DNA of 62,014 nt, counting the filler. It is 12 parts of 12 records of this genome, joined end to end, with 100 filler letters (N's around TTAATTAATTAA, not from the genome) between each part and the next. Parts side by side here need not be neighbours in the genome. Positions count along the whole stretch, not along the records: positions 1 to 7,513 come from SRR7504441_23398; positions 7,614 to 12,519 come from SRR7504441_23542; 10 more parts are not named here. One strand, 5' to 3'. Below, piece by piece: positions 1 through 12,519 of this stretch. A program made the position numbers and the translations under genes. The notes under the pieces were generated by a model. It did no database searches. It was not told the origin of the DNA and worked only from the letters and a program-made list of their open reading frames with translations. The number at the start of each line of letters is the position of its first letter. Positions within the stretch are counted from its first letter, which is position 1.

Positions 1-226
1 ATTAATCATTAAAACGATTTACAACTCTCTAGCTACTCAATCAACTAATTAATTCAGAGGACCTGGTGGAACTCCAGGCACTCCCGTCGGAATCTCCGGC
101 AGCTCAAAGAGCACCATCGCTCAGGCCGAGTTTCCAACCGACGCATCTCGGCTCGGGGCAGTGAGGTCTGTGAGCCCGCAGGACTTCGGCGAGCCCCCCG
201 TGGAACCGCGGCCGCGGCTCGCCAGG

Positions 227-2229
227 ATGGCCGAGGGGGAAGGCGGGGCGCCGCACGACTGGACCTCGCTGCCGGAGGACGCGCTGATCGCGCTCCGTTC
301 GCACCTGGACCGGAACAGCGTGGCGGTGCTCGGATGTAAGTCCTGGCGCCGGGTCTCAGGCCCCCCGCTGTACGCGGAGGTCACCAAGCCGGCCTCCGGC
401 CCGCCAGTGGGCGACTGGAGTGCGCTGCCGCCGAGTGCACTGCAGCGGATCATCGCCAACCAGGAGACGGCCTGGGAACACGAGCCGGTCCGCAGCCTGC
501 TCAGGCCGGCCGCCACCTGCCGGAGCTGGGCGAGCGCCACCGCCAGCAGCGTGTCCAAGCTGCAGGACGTCGAGTTCAACGTGCTTGAGCCCCGGCTGTG
601 CGAGAGCTCGGACGAGTGGTTCGTGGGCTTTCTGGCCCGGTGCGGCAAGATGGACCGGCTGCACCTGGAGGCCTGTCCGCGAGTGCACCTCGGGGCGGCT
701 GAGAGCATCTTGCGGCTGCCCTCGATGCAGGCGGTCAGGTTCATAGAGCTGGTCGACCTGCCGCTCGAGGGCAAACTCGACTTCTCGAGCCTGCCCCAGC
801 TCATGTCACTCACAATCGCTAACTGCGGCCCGCCCGATCCGGAAGCGGCCGCTCTCTCGGTGGTGGCCCGTTGCAACCATCTGCGCTTCCTGCTCATAAG
901 AGGTGCCCGGCGCGAGGCCCCGCGCTCGATGGTCCGGCGAGCCACTTGGATCCGGGAGGCGCTGGCTAGTCCGGCCTTGTGCTTGAGTGCGGGCAGGTGT
1001 GCTTGATGTGCTGGGGGCTGGAGCAGCTATGCCTGGAGCGGCTGGCCCAGATCGACCGGCTCTGCGTCGAGGCCCCGAGCCCGTCGCTCACCGTGCTCAA
1101 GGTGGAGGAGCTCAAGCGGGTGGGTTACCCCGAGTTGCACCCGTGAGCGGTGCGCGAGGTGCCCCGGAGGGACTTCGATGCTGCGATGCTCAAGCTGAGC
1201 GCGGCCGGGCTGCACCAACTCACCCAGCTCAGCCTCAGCCGGTCCGCAGTGGCCAGCACCGAGCTCAGCCTCCAGCTGCTCCAGCGGTCCGCCCCCGCTG
1301 AGCCTTTGTCGATCAGCCCCGGCAGCACCGACCGGCTCAAGCTCCGGACGGCGAGGTTTGACGGATGCCCACACGTGTCGCTCGACCAGCTCAACCGATG
1401 CTTGCCCCAGGCATGCCGGCCCGCGCTGGGCTCAGCCTGTCGGCCAGACCTTCTTTGAGCGCTGGCGTGGGCTCGGTGACAGGCTCACTGCTCTGGTCAG
1501 CCCGCCCGCTAGCCCAGCCGCCCCACGCAAGCCTCCGACCAGCCCACCCGCAAAACCCAGTTTGGAGGCCAGGCTGGAGGCTCTCGGCCGGGCGTCCGGG
1601 CGGCGGGCGGGTGGGTCGGCCCCGGCGCTAGAGTGGCTGCGGCAGCGGCTGGGCGGCACCAAACCGAGCAGGAGCCGGCTCTGCCCGATCTGGCTCCGGT
1701 GAGCGCCTGGCCGAATCCGGGCCGAGCGATCGGGCCAGCAAAGGCCGCTGCAGCATGGCGGCCCAGTGCCGATTCGCACACGGAACCGAGCAGCTGATGC
1801 GGCCGAGCAGCGCAGTGCGGCGCGAGCGGAGCTTCAAGACCCAGCTGTGCCACACGTTCATCAGGCTGGGCTCATGCGCGCGCAAAAAGTGCAAGGTGGC
1901 AGCTCGAGGTGCATGATGATATTAACTTAATCTTGCAGTTTGCGCATGGCTTGGGAGAACTTCGAACGCCGCACGGAATACCGGGACAGCTTGCCAACGC
2001 CCAGCACAGACTATTCGGTCAGCGCAATACCAAACCTAGAAGAACGAAACAAGACCCCATGCAAGAGCCGGGCACTAGCAATCGAGGCTATTGTAGGCGG
2101 TGTGGCCAGTACTATGGCGCTCACCCGCATGCGCATATTTGCAATGTCAAAACCAAGGTTAGCAGAACATCGAGAGGAAAAGTTAGTAACACAACGTTGA
2201 CAGTCCCCAACACTAGTCACAATCAATGA
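227..2229 (+). CDS. Multi-exon F-box-like / LRR protein with C-terminal tandem CCCH zinc fingers
   Basis: F-box-like starts HDWTSLPEDALIAL and GDWSALPPSALQRII are followed by LxxLxL repeats. Removing small introns (e.g. 959-996 GC-AG, 1120-1158, 1699-1738, 1896-1938) restores CPIWLRKGRCSMAAQCRFAH (C-x8-C-x5-C-x3-H) and FKTQLCHTFIRLGSCARKKCKFAHG. Stop at 2229. Confidence 0.7.
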
Positions 2230-2279
2230 TGGGCCCTCTTCGTATAATAATATTTATTTACACGGCCCACGTCGCCACG

Positions 2280-5200
2280 TTAGTTGGCCTCAGCGATGCT
2301 CGCTTGAAGTATTTGCATCGCGCTTTCGGAAGCACTCATGAAAACTACTTGACTGCCCTCCTCCTGGGAGACTTCGCCTTTTCGGTTATCGTGGATATCG
2401 CAGCTACAAACCAGAATGAGCAAAATGCTTGGTGCGGAACTAAGCCAATTACAATGGCGCCATGTATCACCCACCTTTCGACGATCCCAGCTGAGCTCGA
2501 GTCACAGCAGATTCCGAAGCCATTAGCATCGTAGACACGGCATCTCTCGAGGCATACATTTGCTTGGAGTTTCAAGGTGATGTTGTTGCCTGCAGGCTTT
2601 TCTTAGTGATTAAGTCACAAAATGTCAGCCGACCTCTGTTACTATGCAAAGATGAGTCCAACACAGTGGGACTGCTCTGTATGTCCGCATGAAGTCCGTC
2701 AACAAAGCTGTCAAAGATTTCACACTGCACAAGGCTCGGTGCTCCTCCTAAGCTACCTCACATTCGGTGTACAGCCCACGGCCGTCGCTACATACCACAA
2801 TGCCTTCCCCGCTGTCAAAAATGACACACCGAGAGAGAGCTGGCTGGGCTGAGTCACTAACCGCCATGGCACTCTCCAGATGGTCAAATATTTCACAGCG
2901 CTCAAACCGTGGCCGAGATTGGCCAGTGACTGTGATTCCGGTAATCTGTTTAGGTGTGGCCACAACCCCACTCGGGTGCCCCCCAAAGATGGTGCACCTA
3001 TCCAATTGTGGCTGTGACCCTCCAGCAACTACAATACCACTCCCCTGATTATTATATATCTCGCATTGAGTGAGTTTGCCTTTTCCTTTCGCATCTGTCA
3101 GTAGCCCTCCTGCTTCTCCATCGAAGATTGCACACTGTAAAAACGATGGATTCGCCATTGAGCAGACCTTGACATTACTCTGTGTATTGGAATGAATGCT
3201 GCACTGCTCCAAATTTCCCTGACTGCTGTCATCGGCCAATACGCCGTGCTCCTTGGCGAGTGAAATCACGCATTTGAGCATATCAGGGTTGGCACTCGAG
3301 GCAAGCACAACATTGTTTCTCGCACGAATAATCCGACAATCTTCGAATAGGCCAGCACCACCCTCGCAGACAACCAGTCCATCTCCCAGCTCATCCTTGA
3401 TGTCACACTCAAACATGGACGGATTGGCCTTCCCACTTACCAGTACTCCACACTTTCCGCTGTTATCAAATATTCTGCAGTGCGATAAGAGTCCTGAAGC
3501 TGACTCTCTAATCACAATTCCCTCAGCCTCGCTGCGGTAGACACTACACCGTGAGAGCACTAGTTTGGACGCCGCATGCTCAACCAATACGTTTGCCTGC
3601 TTGTTTAGACGAATGTGACAGTTTTCTAAATGCCCTCCGCCCCCTGCCTGAACGCGCACTCCGTGCTCTCCACTGCGCTCGAGTGTACACTCTGCGAGTG
3701 CAGGGTCTGCTCCACTTTTAATCTGTTGCACCCAATCAAATCAGATCAAGTATAGCTGGATGTCAGTACTAGACTAAGCATTAGACAACAGCAACGCATA
3801 GTACCTCGAGAGCTGGGCCTTCGTGTCTGCTCAGCGTGCATCGAAACAAACTGCCTCGACTGCCTGTGGTGGCTATCATGCCCTTGCCTGCATGCGCCGT
3901 GGGCAGCACTGGATGTCGAATCTTTCCCAGGCCAAGATGACAGTCAAGGACTGTTGGGGCACCGCCATCGCTTAGCACCAGCGCTCCGGCTACAGCGGAG
4001 TATACCTCACAGCTCTGAAACGTCCCAAGCCCACCCTGTCGGACCACAATTCCAGGGCCTGTGCACCATCGCACCCCACAGTGGATAAGTGTTGGATTGG
4101 CTGCGTCCTGCAGCACCACTCCAGTCTGATTCCGATGGAACGCGCAGTCTTCAAATGAGCCTCCCCCTCCAGCACCCCAGAGACCAGCTTGGCTATTGTC
4201 TGCCACCAAGCAGCTGTCCAGCTCCAACTCAGCATCATCAGCAGTCACCACCCCGTGCCGAGCATTCTGGCTAATCAGGCATCGATAAAGACTTCCACCG
4301 CCACCCAGGCATTGTACACCATCGCCCTTAGAACAATGGAGCTCGCACAGGCTGAGCATTGGAGCCACCTCCTCCCTCAGGCATAGGCAGCTCTGGTGAG
4401 CCCGGGCCATCACACAGCGGTGCAGTTTAGGACAGGCTCCGGTCCGGACATCCACTGCGTGCTGCCCACCAGAGACTAGGCACCATTCCATGCTGCTGCA
4501 GCACCGGCTGCCGATCACCACCACGGCCGCTGGCGCCGCTGGGTGCTCTGCCCTCATCTCAAGCTCACTCACCAGCGCGTTAGGAGCTGTGATTGTCAGC
4601 GGGGGCAATGGGCCAGAGCACTTAATCACGGGTAGCTTGCGTAGCGCCAGCTTTTGCTCACAATCTTGCATATCTGCTAGCGTGCGGCTGAGTTGAGTCA
4701 GGACCGAAACGGGGAAATTCAAGTAGAGCGGCACACCATCCTGATCTCGAGGGATTGTCTGCTTCACAAAACCGGTCCGGATCATCGCGGTCGTCATCAC
4801 CGCTACCAACTGGCATTTCACTGCTTTGGAGCACTGCGCGAAAAAGTGGCCCTTGGGCTCGGCCACGGGTGCCCCTCGCAGCGTGACGTCCCGGTTGAGG
4901 GTGACCGGCTCGTTGTACTCGCCGGGAGCCAGCAGCACTTGCCCGCCCTTGGCGCAGCACTGGATTGCTGCGTTGATCGACTGGCAGTCCTCCGGCACCC
5001 GCACCTCGGTCATCTGATGCAGCGTATCTGACCTCGGATCCAGCCGGTTTCTACTGAGCTGCCGGCGCATTCCAGGCGAGAGCAGCCCTCCCGCCAGACC
5101 AGGCGGGCCCACCGAATCGGCCAGCCGCGACAGCTCGTCGTTGAGCTCGGCTGAGCGCACCAGGGAGGACACCGCCTGATCCAACTCGGCTGAGGCGCTG

Positions 5201-5297
5201 GCGACAGTCTTGAAACGCAGCTCGGCCTGCCCCCAGGCACCTGTGAGCACAGCGGCGCAGGCGTCCACACCTGTGCCCGCGCGTGCTGCACCTCCAT
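2280..5297 (-). CDS. Right-handed parallel beta-helix repeat protein (pectin-lyase-like / FBXO11-type repeats), multi-exon
   Basis: ORFs 3781-5268, 2748-3731 and 2345-2575 carry SINAAIQCCAKGGQVLLAPGEYNEPVTLNRDVTLRG and many ~23-aa 'CxIxxNxxxGvxv' repeats. Both ends are approximate. Confidence 0.7.
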
Positions 5298-5531
5298 CAG
5301 GACCGCACTGCCGCTCGCAAGCTGTCCCAAGCTGGCCAGGTGCAATGTGTGGCTTCGAGTTGTGGCACTGGCCCGGCTATCACGCTGCTCCGCCCAGCAG
5401 CACGGGGCCCCTATTGAATAAGAATAAGAAAAAAAACAATTCATTCAATAAAATATTCGGGCCAGTTCCGTAACGGGCACGGACGGCCTGGCCGGCACCA
5501 AGGGCGGAATACAGTCGCACTATCAGGCGGC

Positions 5532-5562
5532 CGAACCACCTACGAACCACCTACGAACCACC
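5532..5562. repeat. Short intergenic tandem repeat (CGAACCACCTA x ~2.8)
   Basis: Directly visible 11-nt unit. Confidence 0.7.
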
Positions 5563-5856
5563 GGCCCGGCCACCTAGAGCAAAGCAGCATTTCGCATTAG
5601 CATTGATTATCCTCTTCAGGGAGACCCTAACTAGGGAGGGCCCACGGCGTTGATGTAGTCGAGCCGCCGAGCTTGAGGTGCTCTAGAGGTGCTCTGGACA
5701 GATGGTACCGTAATGCTCTGGCCGTTCGGCTACAATTCACCTTGTGCGCCTGAAGAATCATTCACAATGAATTCGTATAGAATTCGTGTTTAAAATTCCG
5801 ACGACTATATCTAGATCTAGACTTGTCGAATGGTCTTAGAATGGTCTAGATCGGGG

Positions 5857-7513
5857 TCATCGCCAGGTGGTGCTTGGGAAGATCCTTTTACGATGAGGTG
5901 AGGTCACACCGCTTGTGGGGCTGATAAGTACAGCCGGCCCTTCAATCGCATCCCCATATGTGGCGAGCCGGTGCCGCTGCCACTCGGTTCGGCTGATTAG
6001 CCCGTCGCCGTCCTTGTCAATCAGTTCGAACAGAGCATCGATCGCGTTGCGATCAGGCACAGGCCGCAGCTCGCTCTGAAGTTCTCTCACCAGCCCAGCA
6101 GCCGCAGCCTCCTGTCAGCCCCAGCCTCCATCACAAAAGCCAGCAAGGCGGGCAGCTACATTCCCGAGAGGGCTTGCGAGCGCCTCCAGCCATTCAGCGG
6201 CTGTGCCGGTGTGGAGCCTTTCGGTTGCATCCCAGATCATCATTGCGCGCTCCCTGCCCACACCGGAGCTCGCAATCTCGAGGCAGCGCGCCATCCTCTG
6301 GTCTGGATCCTGCGCCACAAACTCGGCCTGGGCTTCCCACTGCTCCAGCCCGATCGAGCCCTCGAGCGCGCTCCCGTCGATCAGCTCGAGCGCCACAGTC
6401 ACCTGGGCCCCACTCGCCCCCCCCTCCAGGCGGGCACCTGGCTGCTGCCCGACTGGCGGAGCTCGATCAGGTCCCAGCTCTCAGCCATTCGCCGGTCGGC
6501 CACGAAGCTGTCGGCCACGTGCTCCGGGGTCAGCCGACGAGGGAAGGCCAGCACGGCCGACGCGATCGCCCACCTGCCGGGCTTGCTCAGCCTGGAGGCG
6601 TGCACGGCTGCCTGGAGCTCCGCTGGGCGGCCCGGGTCGAGCTCGGGGTGCTTGAGCCCTTGTCGGCCTCGGTGAGCAGCGGCAGCCCGGCCTTGACCCG
6701 GGCAAGGTCGCCGTACAGCAGCGCGTGCCGGGCCATCAGATCTCGGGCCAGCCAGACGGCCGCATGCGCCGCGTCGTGCCAGCAGACGGCTTCACGGACC
6801 AGCCCACGAAGCGGCTGCCAGCCCTGGGCTGCGGCCTGGCCTGCCTGCTCGTGCGAGAGCACGGCAGACGGCAGGAACTCGTGGTCAACCGCCCCGAGCA
6901 CGGCTTGCCTCACTGTGCTCACCGCAGTCATGGCACACCAGCCGACCACTCCGGCGTTCTTAGCGAGCGATGCGCCCGCCGCCCTGTGCTCGGCCGTGGC
7001 GAGCGCCCAACGGACCGCCCCCGGCCCGAGCCCGACCAGCCTGGCTCCCGCAGCAGTCGCCGCCAGGCACGACTGGAGAGCAACTGAGCCCTGCGCGCTG
7101 GTGAGTCCGGTCCGGGCCGGGACTACCTGGGCCCATCCGGCGAGCTGCTGGCCCAGGCAGTAGCAATCGAGCACCAGCCGGCCAGGCTGCCCCGGGGCTC
7201 AGCCCAGGCCGCAGCAGCCGGCACCGTGCTCGGCTCGGCCAGAGTGTACAAGGTCACGAACACGGCAGCCGACACGGTTCCCCAGTCCGAGGCCAGGCCG
7301 GGCCCGGGCTCGAGCGGGCTGTGCGCCGGGAGCAGAGCGTCCATGTGGCTGCCACACCCGAGTGCCACACCGACCGAGCTGCAGCGGCCTGTGGCCCGCC
7401 GTGAGCCGCGCCAGACAGCAGCCAGACCGCCGCCCCAGAAGAGCCGACAGGGGCTGAGCTCCCGGCTGTACTCTGCCAGCGCGAGCTTGGTGGCCTGCTG
7501 CACCGCTGGCAGC
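5857..7513 (-). CDS. Degenerate MmgE/PrpD-fold protein with C-terminal EF-hand, 5'-truncated, multi-exon
   Basis: Spliced segments PGRLVLDCYCLGQQLAGW, ATAAGARLVGLGPGAVRWALATA and WAIASAVLAFPRRLTPEHVADSFVADRRM follow the MmgE/PrpD segment order. A 48-nt GT-AG intron (~6112-6159) joins them to LFELIDKDGDGLISRTEW. Confidence 0.55.
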
Positions 7514-7613
7514 NNNNNNNNNNNNNNNNNNNNNNNNNNNNNNNNNNNNNNNNNNNNTTAATTAATTAANNNNNNNNNNNNNNNNNNNNNNNNNNNNNNN
7601 NNNNNNNNNNNNN
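7514..7613. other. Artificial contig linker (N44-TTAATTAATTAA-N44)
   Basis: Six-frame stop 12-mer flanked by Ns. The same linker recurs 11 times. Confidence 0.98.
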
Positions 7614-7643
7614 AACCCGTCCGACCACGTATCGGTACCAGCT

Positions 7644-9880
7644 TTAGTATAAGCTGCGGTTGATCTCACCGAGCCCCCGGCTGTCCCGGCTGCGCCGCAC
7701 GAACCCAGCCCGTTCGGCCAGCTGTTTCCCCTCAACAGGGCCAGAGCTACCGTAGGTGTACTTGGGCGGAGGTGTTTTGCTCGCCTCGAGCTGATGCAAC
7801 AAGGGTGACCAGATCCGCCACGACTCAAGCAGCTCATCGCTCCGCACAAACGTGGCTTGCTTGCCCCTGACACTGTCCAGTATCAGCCGGGTGTACGCGT
7901 CTGGCGAGTAAGTATCTGAGAACCTGCACCAGAGGTGATCAAGCGCCTGCATGATAGCTGTGTGCAAGACGGGGCCTACCGTTGCTTGTACGTGAGGTCG
8001 AGCTCGCTCGTGGTGGCCTCGGTCCGCAGCCCGGGGGCCTTGGTGTTGCATTTGAGATATATCGCCTCGTTCGGTTGAATGCGCAGCACTAGTTCATTCC
8101 TAGAGAAACCCTCATTCCCTTGGAACAAAAAGTCCAGCGCCGGTGCCTCCTTGAACTGGATCCTAACCTCGGCCTGCCAGTGGTTAGCGGCAACCGCCCA
8201 GCTTTGCACCTTCCGCTCGTCCAGCGCTTTGCCCGCTGTCATGATGAAAGGCACGCCGTCCCACCTCCTGTTCTGCACATGCAGCACCGCCACAGCATAA
8301 GTTGGGCAGACAGAATCGTTCGGCACTGTCTCGTCGTCCAGATAACTGCCAAGCCTGATCAGCCCAGCGCTGTCTCGGCTGCTTGCCCTTCATTGCCTTT
8401 GTCATCCGCCACATATTGCCCGACTGCAACGTCCTCCAGCCTCACCTCTGGCATTGACTTGAGCAATTGCACCTGCAGATGAGCTCAACGGGGGAGCCGC
8501 AACCGAGCCCGACCTTGGCGTTGCGGATATGGTTGCCCGAGACGCCCGTTCCCGCCACCTGGGGGCACGATCAAGTGAGACAGCGCGATGGTCTGCTGTC
8601 TCACTGTGACTGGAGCCTCCATTGCAACTAGTGTGAGCACTTGCATCAAATGGTTCTGTGGCCCACTGGTGAACCAAATAGCCAGCGAGCAGCTAGCCTG
8701 CATGATGTCCCGGATGATCCCGTAATTGTCAAAGTATCCGCCCCTGCCCTGTGTCCCAAAATTCTCCTTGAACGTGATCGACACTGAGCTCACAAAATCT
8801 CTACACAGCAGTGGCTCCAGGAACGTGTTACCAAACCTGCCGACCTCTTATCTGAACCCAGGACAGGTCTGAAGGCACCGGAGCATGAGCATGCTCTGCA
8901 CAATCTCCTTGCCTAAATAATGATCAATGCGGTAAATTTGATCCTCCTGGAGACAAGAATTCATCTGACACCCGAGGCTCATCCCGATTCGGACCGGCGG
9001 CGGTGCCTCTTGAACCAGTTGGCTCGCTGAGGCCAAGTCGTGTCCAAAAGGTTTCTCGATGATCACTCTATTCCAGCCAGATCCGGAGAAAGCGACCGCC
9101 TACCGCGCCGCTCAGCACCAGAGGAGCGCCTGACCAGGCCAGGGGCATGCCTGTATCGCTTGCGCGTTCGGCAGGAAAACATTGGGCGGGATCGCAAAGT
9201 AGAACAGTCGGTTGGCCTCCGGTCCTGCCGGCTGCTGCTCCTCCCACTCGCTCAGCTCTCGCGCGAGCTTGCTGAACGACTCGTGGTCGCCGTACGGGCC
9301 TTGCCGGTAAAAGCAACGCCCGAGGAAGACGGCCTTGAGTGCCTCCTGCTCCGGCCCGGCCGCCTTCAGGTATCCAGACATCTGTTCCCTAAACTCATCA
9401 TCGGTCTTGGCCGAGCGCGCGTAGCCGCAAATGGTGAGGTGCGCCTGCACCAGCGAGGTGAATGTGGCAGCACTGGGGGGTACCGGCAGCAGCTTGTGCA
9501 GGTACAGGTCCCAGAGCGACGGGTACGTCTTCTTCTTGGCGAGGTCCCCCGAGGCGCCAAGCACCACGATCGATAGCTTCTGGCCCATGAACGGCTCCTC
9601 CGACGCGTGCGTCTGGGCCGAGCACGAGCGGCTAAGCTGCTCTGGCTGCACTTGTCCGTTGCTCTGCGGCCCTCCAGCTCGGGGTGCCGGCCGCAGTCGG
9701 GCAGTCACCTCGAAGAATGCTCGCACTTGTGCCGCCGTCCAACCCGCGGCCTCCGGCGGGGCCGAGAGCCCGGATAGGGTCTGAGCCTCAAGCTCTGCCG
9801 CCCCGCACGCTGGCCGCCAGCCCAACCAGCCAAATGTCACCGTCGATCAAGGCCTTAACCTCGGCGTCCGCATTCATCAT
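7644..9880 (-). CDS. G6PD: Glucose-6-phosphate 1-dehydrogenase (~12 small introns)
   Basis: Motifs [86 protein letters not shown] and DAYTRLILD. Confidence 0.97.
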
Positions 9881-9933
9881 GGTAACACTTCCCCGGGTGG
9901 GGCGTAAACCTACCGGTACTGTACCTATAGATC

Positions 9934-9952
9934 TACAGTAGAGTCTACTGTA
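9934..9952. promoter_or_regulatory. Perfect 9-bp inverted repeat in the divergent intergenic region upstream of G6PD
   Basis: TACAGTAGA-G-TCTACTGTA lies between the ATG at 9880 (-) and the ATG at 10058 (+). A regulatory function is inferred only. Confidence 0.35.
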
Positions 9953-10057
9953 CGTGTAGTTTATCGACGGGGATATAAAACTGGATAATAAAACTAGTGT
10001 ACAGTACAGTACCAGGTTACCAGTGCTGCGATGCGCTGGCCGATGCCTGCATTCTGA

Positions 10058-11440
10058 ATGCGACGGCTGCTGGTGCTGGCCACGCTTCTCGCCACCGGGG
10101 CACCGACCGACAGCCCGTCGGCTGCAGAGCTGCGCGCAAAGTTGGCGACCTCCCCCAACGATTTCGGGATCAACTGGCAGCTGGCTGGTGCGCCGTACCA
10201 GTGGGGCCGGCGAGACTCAGCCGGCAGGCGAGCTGGCGCGGGTGGGCGAGCACCGGCAGGCCGCCCGGCACGTTGCGGTATCAGACCGCCGGGGCTAGGG
10301 AGGGCGAGAAGGCTGACGTGGACGGGGGGGGCGCAGGCGTGTCTGCGGCAGCGGCCGGGGGACGATGCCGTGTGGGCCGAACACAGGTGCCATCCCAGGC
10401 ATCAGTAGCTCACCGGCGGGCGGTAGGCGACTGGAGGGGCTGATCGAGCATAAACTAACGGAACCCAATGGAACCGATCCGTGGGCGCCTCCGGATGCGA
10501 TGGCTGGGGCGGACTGGCTACCGGACGCGGCGGTCTGCCCAACGATAATAGTGCCCCAGCGGCGATACCCCGGGCTAACTGCTTATAGTGGCCCTGGTCC
10601 CTGCTCCACTGTGTAAGGGCTGTATCGGCAGGCGTTTGAGGCTTTGTATAGAGACAAGCGCTGCCGCTGTCACGAGTCTGCCAGGCCTGGATCGAACTTG
10701 CATCGAGCCTGAATCCGGGGTCAGGGCTGCGCTTCGGGGCTACCAGGGCTTCTTTGAGCACGTGCCGTTTGATGCTGAGCGTTGCGCCTGAGTTTGAATC
10801 TTGGCAGATCTCGCTTCGGCGGGGCTGGCGCTCTGTGCCGTACGGACTAGAAGACCTGAACCACATCTTCCAGGCATTTTTATTTGATTTTAACCACCCG
10901 GGGTGCGAGTGACCCAGCAGCGGGGGCTCAAACATGGATTGATCCACTCAGTTGCAGGTGGCAGCTGAGGTGGTCGGGCTAGTCCGGACCTGGCTAGATG
11001 CGTCAAGCCCAGGCTTAACCCTCCGCCAGGCGGGGAGCGGCCCGATCCGAATCGACGGATGTTGGCAGGTGGAGGGCAGTTCGCACGAGATGCTCTGGAA
11101 GCTCGACAGGAACCCTCGTGTGGACCTGCCAGGTGAGCTTGATCTGTTTGTTGTGAGCGGCTGAGGCGTAATAATCATAGAATGCTGTTTAGCTTGCTTA
11201 CTGCTCTGTGTGTGCAGGTCAGGATCCTCGGTACGCTGGCCCGGCCAGCATGTTGGATGTCTCTGATAAGTGTGGACAGATACGTTGTTGAGACGTTGGA
11301 GAGATTGGTGACGGCGACGCTCTCGGATGCACACGGACTTGTCGAGGGACTGGAAAGCAAGCGAGTATTGCAGTGAGATGCCAGGCCTAATCAATCTTTT
11401 CTTTGGTAGAAGATCTAGCCAATACTCGGTGGCGCCTATC
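10058..11440 (+). CDS. Hypothetical secreted protein with N-terminal TPR-like motif, multi-exon
   Basis: Signal-like MRRLLVLATLLATGA. The spliced product NDFGINWQLAGELARVGEHRQAARHVAACLRQRPGDDAVW looks TPR-like. The 3' exon structure is uncertain. Confidence 0.45.
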
Positions 11441-11726
11441 TGAGGTGTCGACAGGTGTGTCCACGCCCATCCGTTCATCCAAAAGCTCGACCAACTGAGT
11501 GCCCGAAAGGACAAGGCTGATGACAGTGCGGCGAGCTTGTTTTGAAGCCCCTCGCAATAGTTTTCGAATAATGCGCAATAAGGATATGCTCAAGACAAAT
11601 TGTACGATTCAAGGTAGCTTAGCGCGGAATAGCGTCGGTAGCAGCGCCGTATCAGCACCGGTACAGTACATGTATGCGCGTAGCTCCTTTCTTTTTTCTT
11701 TGCGGGACGACGGTCGTGCAACAGGC

Positions 11727-12212
11727 ATGGCCTGGCTGGGGCGGGTGGCTGCGGGCTGGCTGGGTGGGGCCGGGCGGCGTGGTTGCATCACCGCAGCCAC
11801 GTCCAACCCGGCACCGACTCCAGTCGGCGAGGTTGTCTATCGGTACGGTCTGCAGCCGCAGGAGCCCGAGCAGCTGAGACTCGGGCCGGCCGCACTCAAA
11901 GTGATCGACTTGCGCAACGCCTCCCGGGCCGAACTGAGCAAGATGGAGCGGCAGCGAATCCGGGCCCATTTCCAGCGGCGCAGGGGCGACACTGGCTCCC
12001 CGGAGGTGCAGGTGGCTCTGCTCAGCGCGCGGATCCAGGCGCTGGCCGGGCACATCAGGGCGCACCACAAGGACAAAGCGTCCAAGCGGGGCCTGATGGC
12101 GCTGGTGCAGCAGCGCAAGAAGATGATGGCGTACATGCGCCGGAGCGGGGCCGAGGAAAGATACCTTGAACTCAACAAGTCGCTGCCAAGCTCAGGGCTG
12201 TTCCGACCTTAG
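11727..12212 (+). CDS. MRPS15: Organellar (probably mitochondrial) ribosomal protein uS15
   Basis: [51 protein letters not shown], preceded by an Arg/Ala-rich transit-like N-terminus. Confidence 0.9.
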   Translation: MAWLGRVAAGWLGGAGRRGCITAATSNPAPTPVGEVVYRYGLQPQEPEQLRLGPAALKVIDLRNASRAELSKMERQRIRAHFQRRRGDTGSPEVQVALLSARIQALAGHIRAHHKDKASKRGLMALVQQRKKMMAYMRRSGAEERYLELNKSLPSSGLFRP

Positions 12213-12395
12213 CCAACCTGACTTGTATTCGGTGTACGAGTATCATCTCGATAGATCTTTGAGCAATAAAGCATCCACGGGCTAAATACATTCACCTACG
12301 ATTTCTATGCACATGCATTGCCCAACTAAAAATGTATTGTTAGTGCGAGTGCGTAGCAACAACTAAGCAACTTCGATATGTTTCGTATTTGGTGA

Positions 12396-12519
12396 CTAAA
12401 CTCGGACAACTTTGTCGAGCAGCTCCTTCTTCACCTCACCATATGGGTAGGACGAGGGCGCCTTCGCCGTAGGTTTGAGCGAGACGTTTCCAGCCTTGAT
12501 CTCTGACTTCACATCGCCA
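12396..12519 (-). CDS. 3' fragment of a gene with a WH2/actin-binding-like motif
   Basis: Reads GDVKSEIKAGNVSLKPTAKAPSSYPYGEVKKELLDKVVRV* up to the contig edge. Confidence 0.35.
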
